Shown: one piece after another, positions 24,283 to 36,605 of the stretch | Numbering within the stretch: the first letter of the stretch is position 1 | Layout of the letters: every line of letters begins with the position of its first letter | Notes under the pieces: generated by a model | What the model was told of the DNA's origin: nothing | The model's input: only the letters and a program-made list of their open reading frames with translations | Databases searched by the model: none | Source of the DNA: Nemertoderma westbladi | Lineage: Eukaryota > Animalia > Xenacoelomorpha | Assembly (NCBI GenBank): GCA_032718475.1 | Contig: JAUCBJ010001506.1 | Span: forward strand, 1-54,130 | Direction: 5' to 3' | DNA length: 54,130 bases | Translations under genes and position numbers: made by a program

Positions 24283-27128
24283 TTACTGAAAAAACCATGG
24301 ATTACCCTGGTCTCTTGAAAAAGAGCAATATTTAAGTAGGTTAACCCCTGACAAACCCCGTGTAAAAATGGTTAGGTTTACAGCATCAACAAGATCTCCA
24401 GGTAACTCGTTCCAAATAGGAACAACTATGTGCTTAAACGAGTTTTTACACATATTGAGTCTGCACCTAGGTACAAATAATTTACGAGAATGCCCTCGAA
24501 AACCACTACGCGGTGGTCTTGTAAAATATTTATCTACATCTAGATCAACTAGGTTTCTGTCAATACTGTAGGTTAACTTTAAATCAAATATGATACGACG
24601 TAGTTCCAGCGGTTGTAAGAACAGAAAATCTAAACGGTTTGTATAACAAGTATAGGGAATATTGCACCTTGCATATAAGCGCCTAGTAAAGTAATGCTGT
24701 ACGCTCTCGACAAGATTGATACTGCTTTTTTTATATGGAGACCATACTGAAGTACAATACTCAAGTAATGGGCGGACCATACTTTTGTATGCCATAAGGA
24801 GAGCTTTAATGTTTTTCGTTTGAATACACCGAAACAGAATGTTGACAATTTTACATGCTTTGGCTACTTGGTCGCTGCAGTACCGATCGAATGAGAGATC
24901 TGACATTACTGTTAAGCCTAAATCTTTACAAAATAAACTTTCACTGAGGACGCTATCATTTAAGTAGTACACATGTTTGCAATTGTTTTTACCCACATAA
25001 ACTACAGTACATTTGTGTGCTGCAATCGACAGCTGCCATGTACTGGCCCATGTCTCCAGTTTATTAAGTGCATTGGATAGCAAATGGCACTGCGAACTGT
25101 CAGCATACATTTTAACATCATCAGCGAAAAGTTTGACAGTTATTGGCAAGAGCTGTTCAGGTAGGTCGTTTATGAACATTAGGAACAAAAGTGGTCCCAG
25201 CACACTCCCTTGTATTGTACCGGAGGTAACTGGTGCAAAATCTGAGCAATATTTACCGACAACAACACGCTGTGTCCTATTTGACAGAAGGGCTGAAAGC
25301 CACAATAACAAGTCATCAGCTATGCCATAAGCTCTCAGTTTAATTAATAATTTGCTGTGCACAACGGAATCAAAGGCTTTGGCGAAATCGATATAAATTA
25401 TATCGATATTTTGCCTATTATCAACCATATTATACCAATCTGTAACACACTCCAATAATTGTGTATTGCAGTATTGGTAGACCTACGGCACAAGAAACCA
25501 TGTTGTGCCTTACTGATCAATTTATTCAATAGCAAATAGGATAATAAATCATTTTTGACACACATTTCCATAATTTTGCATGCGATGCAAGTTAATGATA
25601 TTGGTCTATAGTTAAAGGGGTCGCAAGGATCACCCTTTTTAAAGATAGGAATAATGGTAGCAGTAAGCCAAATAGATGGAAGTGTGTGTGTCTCAAAAGA
25701 GAGTTTAAATATAACAGATAATGGTTTAGCCAAGCACACTGATAAACGATGAAATAAAATACTCGGTAGGTTGTCAGGGGTCCCACTTTTCTTATTGGGC
25801 AACTTATTCAAAAAAGTTAACACATTTACCGGGCTAAAATTAATAGTCGACAAATTAATACTACTATGCACTTTACTGGGTATATTGATGCTTACATTGT
25901 TATCAACTGTAAAATTTTGGGTTAGCACCTCGTTAAATATACGGGCCTTTGTCGCATCATCCACTACCGTATCACCTTTGAATTTTAAAGGGCTAATACC
26001 CAAGGTGGATTTTTTCTTTGAATTTATATATTTATAAATTAAAGCAGGGTTACCCGAGTTTAGGATTTCAGTCTCTTTGATGCAGGTAGCGCGGTGAGCT
26101 GCAGAGGCTGCAGCCTTTGCCACACGATAATATTCTTGTCGCCCATTCTCTCTATGTCGTTTCCTCCACAGTAATTTCTTCGCCCTCTGAAGGCGTCTAA
26201 CAAAAAGCGGGTAATACTTTTTGCGTTGTTTAAAAGGTTTGAAAGGGACAAATTTGTCTATGCCTTCCTTAAGTACTGAGATAAAAATCGTCTACCGTAA
26301 CACAACTTTCATACCTGGTAATAATATTACTATTCTAAATGTAAGCACTGAAAGCAGTATAGTCGCCATTATTAAAATCATAAAAACCTGTATACGAGGT
26401 TGAATTATCATTAATATGAAGGGATGGTGCTAAAATATTAAAACTAACACTGTCATGGTCACTGGTTGAGAAGGGTACGTTAGTATTAACACTAGAAACA
26501 AACTGATTATCCGATGTGAACACTAAATCCAGCACATTTGGGCCCCTAGTTGGTTTAAATTGCAATTGAGTTAAGCTATTATGCAAGATAAAAGTGGCAA
26601 ACTGGTTGTAGCAAGCATTGTCTGGATACACAAATTCAGACCAATTAAAAAGTGGATAATTAAAGTCCCCAATTAAAACACAAGGGAGTGATGTATTGCA
26701 CAAAAAAGCCAGCGATTCCAATAAAATCGCTGTGTTATCAACTACGTCCGGTCTGGGAGGTGGTCTATAGCCACATATGATTCTAGATTTATTAGAACCT
26801 AATAAGTCAATTCCTATTACCTCAGCATCACTAAGATGGTTTGGTAAAGTCACTCTACAGCATTTAATGCTTTTTTTTAAAAGGATAGCTACCCCACCGC
26901 CCAGATCCAGATGGAATCTATCGTGTCTCATAGATGCATAATCAGTACCACCCACTAGCATAGCATCAGTTATAGTTTCATTTGCCCAAGTTTCGGTTAA
27001 GGCTATAATATCATATTTGTTATTGTTTAACAAGACTTGAAGTTCGGAAAGTTTCATTTTTATTGATTGCACATTTGCACTATAACAGTTTAGAAAAGGT
27101 CCACTATTTACGGCGTCCTCTCCCTTAA
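24283..27128 (-). pseudogene. LINE ORF2 (APE endonuclease + reverse transcriptase), about two frame disruptions
   Basis: CYSANVQSI, IALTETW, GGGVAI, YRPP, GDFNYP, PTRGPNVLDLVF, SDHD; NYRPISLT, QHGF, IDFAKAFDSV, QGSVLGPLLF, LFADDVK, KDLG, VRPLLEYC, RGHSRKL. Breaks near 26335-26250 and 25455. Confidence 0.9.
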
Positions 27129-28670
27129 CTAGTTTTCCTGGTCCAGGGGACGGTTTCTCCGAATAGCCTGGTGGGAGCGGGGACCGCTATCTGATCGAGA
27201 GGAGTTCTGAGTCGTCCTAGAGCGATCTGCATCTACTTCAACAAAACTCCATCGACGGTCTCGTTTCCATTTGCCATCACTGTGTTTTGTATACCGCCAG
27301 ACTTCGCCATCCGGTTTTAGACTATAGCTTTCAGTAGCATCACCGATTTCATCATGATGGGCTTTCTTATTTAGTTTCTGTACCGAGATTCTGGTGTTGC
27401 GGAGGGATAGCCTTTGTATTTGAGATAAACTCTGACGTACTCGAATTTCCCGACAGACTGCTGGACCATCAGTGGCATCGCGTGCTGCGGTTGTTAACGA
27501 GCGGAAGTCACGTGCTTCGTATTCCGACATAAAGGATACTTTTAGTAGTCGTTTACGATCCACGTGTCGTCGACCAAGACGCACTACGTCCGCGACGGAA
27601 GCCGGGTCGACACCAATGGCTCCGCATATCTCAGCCACCGCTGCTTTATCAGCCCCACCTTGTTGAGATTCTATAAGGTTACTTACAATAACCTCCTTCT
27701 TTAACAGTTCGTTTTCCATGGCTTCCTTTACCGAAGATTCCACAACTTCTGCAAGAGGAGCATTGTAGAGTTTCGAGGAGCGTAGCATCTTCCTTTTCTT
27801 TGCCTTTTCTTTGCGAGCGAGTTTCTTTCGCTCTAGATACGAGTTAGCGAATTCTACATCGTCCTCCAGTCCTATGTTATCGTCATCAGAGGTGTCAGGA
27901 GTTTCGGAGTCAGAGGAATATATATTACTTTTCATATTGGATTTTAATTCCCGCAATTCGTCTGACACAGATTCAATCATCACAGTTTGCTGTAGAACCA
28001 GCTCCTTCAGGGACTCCCAGCGTTGGTTCTCTTGTTCTGAGAGAGGTGCAGGAGTTACTGGGACCGGTACTGCATGTGGAATGCTGGTACATTTGGAGCA
28101 AAACCACATGACCTGATTACTCTCGTTGTATTTGCCGAAGATTTCCTGCAAGAGGTTATACGCCCTCGTTGATATATCCTCGCACTGAGTGTGGTACCAG
28201 CGAAGACACCTATCGCATGTGATGCCATTCTCTTCGTCCTGTACCGTTAGATCGCAGACGCCGCACTCCCCTGAGCTAACCCGTGGCAACGTGCCGGGTT
28301 TCTCCGGTAAGTTCAACGGGGTGCCATTGTTCCGGTTTCGGCTCCCGGTATCCGTATTAGTACTGGTATTTGAGGACGGGCGACAAGGGGCTGCAGATCT
28401 ACGTTGATAATGGGTGACTGGGATTGTTGATTGAGAAATCCGTCGTGATGACATTGCCGAGTCAACTCTGGATTTGTCTAGGACCTTCCGGGCCGCTGCA
28501 CCGGAGGCAGTTGTAGTAGAGGGAGGTTCTGCCACCTTTGGTTTGGATTTCTTCTTGGGAGATTTCCTCTTAATAGTTGAGGCTTTCATCGGGGGATTGT
28601 AGTACGCTGATATCTCAGCGTCGGCGTCCCCAGAGTCAGTAACTATTTCGATGCTAGAAGATACACTCAT
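27129..28670 (-). CDS. LINE ORF1 protein with PHD finger, coiled coil and C-terminal RRM-like region
   Basis: Intact 513 aa; C4HC3 pattern CGVC...CDRCLRWYHTQC...WFCSKC; VIVSNLIE...VVRLGR...RLLKVSF motif typical of CR1/L2 ORF1; directly upstream of ORF2. Confidence 0.88.
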   Translation of the reverse strand: MSVSSSIEIVTDSGDADAEISAYYNPPMKASTIKRKSPKKKSKPKVAEPPSTTTASGAAARKVLDKSRVDSAMSSRRISQSTIPVTHYQRRSAAPCRPSSNTSTNTDTGSRNRNNGTPLNLPEKPGTLPRVSSGECGVCDLTVQDEENGITCDRCLRWYHTQCEDISTRAYNLLQEIFGKYNESNQVMWFCSKCTSIPHAVPVPVTPAPLSEQENQRWESLKELVLQQTVMIESVSDELRELKSNMKSNIYSSDSETPDTSDDDNIGLEDDVEFANSYLERKKLARKEKAKKRKMLRSSKLYNAPLAEVVESSVKEAMENELLKKEVIVSNLIESQQGGADKAAVAEICGAIGVDPASVADVVRLGRRHVDRKRLLKVSFMSEYEARDFRSLTTAARDATDGPAVCREIRVRQSLSQIQRLSLRNTRISVQKLNKKAHHDEIGDATESYSLKPDGEVWRYTKHSDGKWKRDRRWSFVEVDADRSRTTQNSSRSDSGPRSHQAIRRNRPLDQEN

Positions 28671-28851
28671 ATCATACCTCAGCCGTGGTTAATTTGATCG
28701 AAAGTACAATAGGCCAAATTTCCACTAGTCCAGTATTCAGGTAAAGTTATCAATTTACCAATGTAGGCCAGAGTACTGCAGTACTGCCTACTCAAATGCT
28801 GAAATGAAGTGCAAAAATCGCAACGCGTTGTGCGCGTACCCGTAGGCCTAC

Positions 28852-29938
28852 GGGTTTGACTAAATACGCCACCAACAACCACCGACACCTTTCGCATACC
28901 ACCGACAACCACCGACAACAAAAGACACAAAACCGACACAAACCGACAGGTAAAATCACAAACCGACAACTTCGGCAATGTTAGTAAACTATTTCAGCAG
29001 TTCAGTACATGATTATACAATTTTTATTTCCAGTCCAAATATGACTACTAATACTACAAATATGTATAACTACGGGTGCAGGGGGGGGGGGGGGAGGGGG
29101 GGTCGGTGCCTACATACATACTGTAGTTCCCTAAGTCAGTAAGATACTGCAGTAGTTTTATGTTGTCATTTTATTTATCTCACCTAGCCTACAGTACAGT
29201 ACCTCTAGATATTATATAAAGCATGTTGGTAAAGGGAACAGGTTTACATAAGCTTTCAAAGCGCCTTTGAACGATAGGCCTACTAACTAAATAACACCAT
29301 GTTCGATTATTTGCCGAATTGTGATTGGCCAAATTACAGTATGTACCGGTACTCTAATTGAGAATGCTTTGCACGCCTATCGCATGGGTCACATCAAGAA
29401 TGGACCACGAATAATTTTAAGCGTGGCGCGGCTATCAGCTATGCATGATGTGCCACGAACGAATGAACCACGAATTATTTCTTGCGTGGAGTGGAAGCAT
29501 TCGTATCACATGTGCCACAAATGATGAGCCACGAATCGAGTCAAATATATTGACAAGTGAAATCTCACATGCGATACGAATACTATACGCATTCGTTACC
29601 TAAATTATTCGAACTGACGAACCACAGACGAAGGCTTCACGAATCTTAAATAACATTCCACGCACCTTTCAGCCTTTTACGAATGTTGTATGTGGCACTA
29701 ATGCGTTACGCATGGGGATTTTTTACTGGGTATAATTTGTTATAAATATTAGGACTGGAAATAATAATTGTATAATCATGTACTGAAATAGTTTACTAAC
29801 ATTGCCGAAGTTGTCAGTATACTGTCGGTTTGTGATTTTACCTGTCGGTTTGTGTCGGTTTGTGTCTTTTGTTGTTGGTGGTAGTCGGTGGTATGCGAAA
29901 GGTGTCGGTGGTTGTCGGTGGCGTATTTAGTCAAACCC
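28852..29938. mobile_element. Mutator-like (MULE) non-autonomous element, about 190-bp TIRs, 9-bp TSD
   Basis: GGGTTTGACTAAATACGCCACC... and ...GGTGGCGTATTTAGTCAAACCC; TAGGCCTAC on both sides (28843-28851 and 29939-29947); ACCGACA sub-terminal repeats. Confidence 0.88.
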
Positions 29939-30034
29939 TAGGCCTACTGGCGTAGGCCCTTGAAATCAGGAAATAGCGCGCGGAAATGAAATAAAAGCTG
30001 AAAAGTGTGCGAAATTATGTGAAAAACAAGAAAA

Positions 30035-31047
30035 GTGAGCAGTAATCTGTGCAATAGGCCCTATGCCTATATCAAAAATTTTTTTGTGATTTGATAGGCT
30101 ATGATTTGTTGTGATTTCTGATTTGGTATCATTCGGCTGTTCGGTGTGATTTGGTTTTGTGATTTTTTTGTGATGTGTCATAGCTCGTAGCCTATCAGCC
30201 TATAGGCTGATAGGTAGGCCTATCATAGGCCTATGTGATTTGATTTGTCTGTTTGTTGTGCTTTGGTCTGTTGGTCTTGGTGTGATTTGGGTGTTTATTA
30301 CACTGTTACAGCTGTACAGGCAGACAGGTTTAGACAATACTGCATTATACTGTCTGACTGTTATATGTTATACATTTAGACGGACCCGTTATACAGTCAG
30401 ACAGTTACAGTTACAGAGTTATAGATAGGCTAGTGTATACGTATACAGGTATAGGGATAGGATAGGCCTAGTCGCCGGTGGTGTAGCTACAATCATGACA
30501 ATAGTTCTGTTTCTGTAGTTGAATGGTACCGGTAGCTGCTAGCACAGTAGCAGCAGTGACTATTACAGTAGTAGACTGTTGTAAGGCAGTAATGGGATAT
30601 TGTTGGTTGGATTGTCTCTGACTATCTGTTGCCATAAACTTTTGCTTCCACTAAAACGGAATTATTATCTGATTATATGTAATTTGTGTTGGTTGGTGTG
30701 ATCGTTCATTTCTATAATCAGATACCGGTAATCAGTAGAGTAGAACCAGCCTAAAGAAAGGATAAAAAACCTATACCTGTCCTGTATACCGCAACCGCAT
30801 GCATACCGGACCACCGGTAATAAAACCTAAAGTATGAAATTAAACACCTACCAGCCTACCGGTAAGCGGTTGTTTCCAAGTTCCAATCCAACCCTAACGG
30901 TACCCGCGTGCTTTATCCAAATTTTAATAGCCAATGACAGAATATTTTATGTCTGTTTGTGTACCATTACTGCATTAGGCCTAGGGCCCGCGTTATCCCA
31001 TACAGGACAGCCATATAGCATATGTACTGTATGGTTTTGGTTTATAG
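30035..31047 (+). other. Possible intron in the SOAT 5' UTR
   Basis: AAAA|GTGAGC donor-like site at 30035 and TTTTGGTTTATAG acceptor-like site 56 nt before the ATG. Motifs only, no transcript support. Confidence 0.25.
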
Positions 31048-31103
31048 GTAGGTAGGTCTACTACTGCTATGGATATTGGAGAGGAGAAGCATAATATCTG
31101 AAA

Positions 31104-32801
31104 ATGAATGACATTGGTGAGCCCCAGCTTAGATTACGCCGACTTCTAAATGATTACCCTGAACCTGAGGGCGGCCAAAATGACACAGTAGAGAGAGAGG
31201 ACATTCAACATACTGTGGGCCTTCATGATCACAATGTTACTAATCACAGATTTCGCGAAAAATTACATGATGCCAAACGGGATTTCATGGGTAAATTGGA
31301 AATTCATGTTGATACCATTATAGATGAGCTAGGAAGAGAAATAGATGCGACATGCTCTGGACCACCAGTTCAAGCTGCGAATGGCACTCGACCTGGTTCC
31401 CTGCCAACTGATCAGCATGCCAAGAAGAGACCTTCTAAAAATAAAGAATTTATTGCTCAGCGCTCTGTCCTTACAGAATTACTGGAAGTCACTCATTTTG
31501 AGACAATCCATAACATTTTCGTGGCTGTCCTAATCATCTTTGCAATTAATCAGGTTGCCAATGATATAAAGAGTCATGGCAATCCTTGGATGCACGCGGA
31601 TTTTATACATGAACAGCTGCTGAGTAAGATCCCAGTTGTTATTTGTTTGTGGTTGGCGATGCATGCAATCGTAGTTATCGGCACGTATTTCTGCTTTCAT
31701 TACTGGGCTAACACTCGTGATTCATTTGAAAATAAAGAAGTTATTGATTACATCGCATTGGCCTTCTACATCTTCTTCATCGGGGTCCTTCTCTGCGTTC
31801 CCACTTACTACGTCATCTATTACGACCTCCCTGGGGCCTCATCGTCTGTCATTATTTTGGAACAACTGCGTCTCATGATGAAGACCTACTCTTTCATTCG
31901 CGAAAACGCCCCACGTGCTATGGGAATGCCCTGTGTTCTCACACAGGAATCCACGACCCCTACGGGAGACAAGATAAATTCATCACGAACACTGTGTCCA
32001 GATTTCTCAAAGTTTCTTTATTTCATGTTCGCCCCCACTCTGATTTACAGAGATTCCTATCCAAGAACTCCCTATATTCGCTGGCGTTATGTCGTCACCA
32101 ACATAATGCAATGTCTCGGCTGCATTATCTACACCAACTTCATCTTCGCCCGTTACTGTCTCCCTGTGTTCCGCAGTTTCGGATCAGGTCGTGGCATCGA
32201 GTTTTTCGTCCGTGCTCTGTTTAACTCGATGATCCCGGCAACGTGCGCCTTTATGCTGCTTTTCTTTGCCGTTCTCCATTCATGGCTCAACGCTTTCGCC
32301 GAGATCTGCTGCTTCGCGGACAGGATGTTCTACAACGCGTGGTGGAATTCCACCAGTTTCTCGGGTTTCTTTAGGAACTGGAACGTAGTGGTCCACGATT
32401 GGTTGTACAACTACATCTACCTGGATATGATGTCAGTAACCCGTGGCAATCGGGCATGGTCCTACACAATGGTTTTCGCTATTTCGTCTATATTCCACGA
32501 ATACGTTATGATTATAATCCTGCGGGTCTTTTATCCCATTATGCTTTTCCTATTCGGCGGTGTTGGATTTCTCTTCATGCTCATATTTAAACCGAAACAA
32601 CAACGTCTTGCAAACATAATATTTTGGTGTTTCATATTTTCCGGGAACGGTGTCATTCTATGTCTCTACAGCATGGAGGTTTACGCCAGTATTAATTGCG
32701 TAAGCCAGTACAATTTTCCGATGGCTTTTCTTTTACCGAAGATGTGGTCCTGTTATTCGTATACTATTGAGCCGCTCAGCAACACCAGTGCGATCCAGTA
32801 G
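31104..32801 (+). CDS. SOAT1: Sterol O-acyltransferase (ACAT/SOAT, MBOAT family), single-exon CDS
   Basis: 565 aa; KEFIAQRSVLTELLE, EQLRLMMKTYSFIRE, FLYFMFAPTLIYRDSYPRT, LHSWLNAFAE, FADRMFY..WWNS, RNWNVVVHDWLY and catalytic His in SSIFHEY; multiple TM segments. SOAT1 versus SOAT2 orthology is not resolvable. Confidence 0.95.
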   Translation: MNDIGEPQLRLRRLLNDYPEPEGGQNDTVEREDIQHTVGLHDHNVTNHRFREKLHDAKRDFMGKLEIHVDTIIDELGREIDATCSGPPVQAANGTRPGSLPTDQHAKKRPSKNKEFIAQRSVLTELLEVTHFETIHNIFVAVLIIFAINQVANDIKSHGNPWMHADFIHEQLLSKIPVVICLWLAMHAIVVIGTYFCFHYWANTRDSFENKEVIDYIALAFYIFFIGVLLCVPTYYVIYYDLPGASSSVIILEQLRLMMKTYSFIRENAPRAMGMPCVLTQESTTPTGDKINSSRTLCPDFSKFLYFMFAPTLIYRDSYPRTPYIRWRYVVTNIMQCLGCIIYTNFIFARYCLPVFRSFGSGRGIEFFVRALFNSMIPATCAFMLLFFAVLHSWLNAFAEICCFADRMFYNAWWNSTSFSGFFRNWNVVVHDWLYNYIYLDMMSVTRGNRAWSYTMVFAISSIFHEYVMIIILRVFYPIMLFLFGGVGFLFMLIFKPKQQRLANIIFWCFIFSGNGVILCLYSMEVYASINCVSQYNFPMAFLLPKMWSCYSYTIEPLSNTSAIQ

Positions 32802-35269
32802 CGTAATTTGGTGGTCGCATTGGATGTGATTGCATTCGCTCTAAATAATTTAAGTGAAATTAATTGTTCCATAATTTTATTCAATAATAAATATAACTTT
32901 ATGTAGTTGGATCAATATCACCTATAGTATTTACTAATATGTGGTAAGTAACAAATATTGTGCTGTTTCTCAAACGAATTATATAATTCCCTGAAACCTT
33001 TTCCCGTTATTTATACTCCGTTACTATATATACGACGTTATTTACACAGTTATATGTAAAGGATCGGGCCAGATGGTTTAATTTTTTATACTATGGTCAA
33101 TAATTTCTTATACTTTTCAAAATTTTATCAATTATTTGACATTCAAATTTCGTAAGTATATATTTGGAAAAATTGCAAATGTTTACAACAATTATAACCC
33201 TTTAAATTAAATATGTTAATTAAAGAAGGATGCATTGCATACAGTATATTATTTTAATGATTGCCATTAGTAATTAATAATTGAATTACCTGCATATGTT
33301 ATTAAATGTTTCTGACCATATTTCGTTTTGTTAAATTAGTTATAAATTATTATTAATTATACTAAAATATAATTTATGGGTAGGCCTTCAACGGATTGTG
33401 TTGGTTTAGTGTTTGTCTTAGTGTAGTTTATGTAAAATGTAATGTCATTACTCGTATGTTATATGTCGGTATTTATTATCAATTAAATATTGAAATATTT
33501 TTTTGAATTAATTCCAGTGTAAATGATATGCCAAATCTGTATATTATTGAGTTGATAATAAATATCCTGGAAATTTTTTAGCTATCATAATACAATTTAA
33601 AAATAATGTGGTAAAAACATGTCCTTTATGGTGCTCATAAATTGCCTTCACTTGGCTATTTTCCACATTAAAACGTCTAGTATAAAACATAGTTGAACTT
33701 GTAAAGTCTAATAGATAATAACGTGCCGCGCTTCGTAATAATAATAATTATTTATTTATGATGTTATCTTAACAACAGGGACAGGATACTCAAACCGATA
33801 ATATGAAATGGTACAATATTCTTATTATGTTTCGGTCATTACTTATTTTATAGGTTTAAATAAAATATTAATTATTATGAATAATTTATTATAGGAATTT
33901 TGCTGCATTAAATTTGTATACAAAAAAATTTTTAATAAATATTTTGATTAGACTTATCATTAAAAGTAAGAAAAATGTTGATACGAAAATACGATAAGAA
34001 AGTCGAAAAGTACTGAGTTACAAAATATGAAAATTCCATTTCATATCGCATTTTCTTGTCCTGTCCGCTTAAATAATATACCGTATATTAGCAATTCATC
34101 ATTACACTACTTGCAATAACTTCTTAGCCTATTGCTTTATTTATTATTTTTAATGTTATAAATAATATATTAAAATTTATGTGCCCTATAGGCGTATAAT
34201 GCATGTATGTTGTAGTATATGAGAGACGTTAATACGTGCACCGTGCACACGTACCTGTTATTTATGTATGTATGTATGCCAACAACCATAATACTGATGA
34301 ATCGATCCAAATGTGTGAAAATTCCTATTTATATTCAAAATATATGCAAAATAAATAAATTTGAGGCTTATAAATACTTAAAACCGGAAAACATTAAACA
34401 AATTATTGATGCAAATTAATTAACTAGCAGTGCTTGAGCACTGCTACACGAGCAGATTATTCGAAACCACTTTCATTATTAGAATCATTACGCTCGAATA
34501 CCTATAGTTTCCAACAACGAACTATGTATTTCTGTCAAACTTAGAGATAGAAATAGAAAGCACTTTCAATCGAAAACCAATACTATCCAAAAACCAATCA
34601 GGAGTATTCGTTATTAGTTTCGGTCTTGTCTGTGAACGGACCTCGTCATCGGGTTTGAATTGAAACGAAAATCCAATGATTGACTACCAGGAACCATGTA
34701 TACTATTTCGTATTATTATATCATTATAATTTAACTGGCAATATACATATTACATTTGGTCTCATTGATTAGCAATAATACATATATATTATATTCGTAG
34801 AATAAATAGAAAAAGCCAGTATGTGCAGCAAGTACCTAAAATACACTGATTGAAGAACTCAGTCGTAAATTGTAGTTATCTTTTATTATTATACAAATTT
34901 TTGTTAATATATTTTAATTGATATCGAATGTTGGTGTTTCCGAATTAATTTGTAATAATAAATAAATAAATTTGTTGTTTACGACATATAAATAATATAC
35001 CTTTCTTGATATATAATCATCTTTTAAAATGCTAGTTAAATGCTTGCTATTCTAACCTAGCCAGGTTATACAATTCAGTATCATTAATACTACTTCTATG
35101 GCATGTTGCATTGCATCTGCATTCTATATTGTGATATATATTAAGAATGCTGTGCCGGCTTATCAACAAAATTGCGTCGCCACAACTTCTTATCACATTC
35201 ATACGCATCTTCAAGGACACTGTCCTTTAAGAGACATCGCAAGAAAGTCATGGGCTATCCACCGTGATT

Positions 35270-36030
35270 ATTCACACCATGAGGCCGCCAAATCATCATG
35301 ATTATGCACTGGCTGTGGCTCACGGCGAAGGTAAAGTCATGCCAAGCGGAGGCGGCTCCGTTCAAGTGTCAAGCTATGGGAGACTAATGAAACACCTCCA
35401 AGGTTGTATAGAGTCTGATTCTGATAAGGAGATGTGTGCATTATACTTGACACAACGAAACGAACTCGATATGGGGTCCTATATTGACCCTATATAGGAG
35501 TAATGGTTTAACTGCTGAGTGCTGCCCTAAATAATCGAACATTGAGATTCCGTTATATTCTATGGAACATACAAATCCTGGACAGACTGTTCAATAATGC
35601 CCATGCCTTCCGCGTACGTATCGGCAAGCCGCCCTTCACCTGACTTCCGGATCCATGATCCCAAGTAGCAGAAGTCATCCACGTGCTCAATCAAGCAAGC
35701 CGTCCTTCGAGCTTAAGCCCTTACGATCAGGCATTTCTTGACGGTTGTCAAAGTTCACTGTCAAAAGGTTGGTCTTCCTGGAGTTAACAAAAATACCAAC
35801 ACAAGAAACAACCTGATCCAATCAGCAGAGGAGCCTTTGGGCTCCCTCTAGTGATTCAGACAGTAGTCATTAACATTAGCATTAGACAGTAGTCATTAGC
35901 AAAGTCTAGATCAGTAAGGTGCTTGCTTGGCTGTATTTCCTCGACTTATGACGCCAGTGGGGGTGTTACCATCACCCCATCACCATTATGATGACATGCG
36001 TAAAACAGAGTTAACCACAATCATGAAGTG
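35270..36030 (-). mobile_element. Highly degraded RTE-like LINE fragment
   Basis: Minus-strand remnants FMIVVNSVLR, LTDLDFA, IEHVDDFCYLGSWI and RKAWA; many indels. Boundaries are approximate. Confidence 0.6.
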
Positions 36031-36437
36031 GAGTTTCTACCTTCTTACTTAACTATATTGTTGGACCTGACCATATATCGTTCTAGTCTTTTGTGAAATC
36101 TAATTAAAAAATTTAATTTAAAGCTAAATCTCCAACCCAAGGAATCATATACTGTAGTAGTAGGCCTATGTAATTGGGTTTGCGAACCAGCTTTACTCCT
36201 TTCGATTTATGTGCACCAGACAGTAAGGTCCACGCATTTATGATTAATTTCCTGCGCCCGGATAATCTCCCAGACGTCAATTAAAGTCGGCGGACAGCTA
36301 ATATATCTCAATAATTATATGTCAAAGCAAATTGTACTGCTCCCTCCTTTAACGCTGAACTCAATACTAATTGTCAATTCTGGATGAAACCAAAATTACA
36401 TCTCGTAAATATCGTAGATACAGAAACATCAGAGTGT

Positions 36438-36605
36438 AATGTACAGATAGAACCGGTGTGGTGTGTAATCGAATCGCAGCAGGTTAACTATTTAATGTAC
36501 AGGTAGACCCGGTGTGGTGTGTAATCGAATCGCAGCAGGTTAACGATTTAATGTACAGGTAGACCCGGTGTGGTGTGTAATCGAGTCGCAGCAGGTTAAC
36601 GATTT
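36438..36605. repeat. 56-bp minisatellite, three copies
   Basis: AATGTACAGGTAGACCCGGTGTGGTGTGTAATCGAATCGCAGCAGGTTAACGATTT at 36438, 36494 and 36550. Confidence 0.92.

Larger units (their letters stand above)
23885..28760 (-). mobile_element. CR1/L2-group LINE, near full length, (TAAA)n tail
   Basis: ORF1 with PHD finger, ORF2 with APE endonuclease and RT, AT-rich 3' UTR ending in (TAAA)n at 23885-23914. The 5' boundary is approximate. Confidence 0.9.

Noticed and set aside
28679-28978. 99-aa ORF upstream of LINE ORF1
   Set aside because: Largely a translation of the MULE terminal repeat.
33769-34072. Possible TTAA-flanked Kolobok-like inverted ends (GGACAGGA...ATATGAAATGG)
   Set aside because: The inverted match is short and gapped, so boundaries cannot be fixed.
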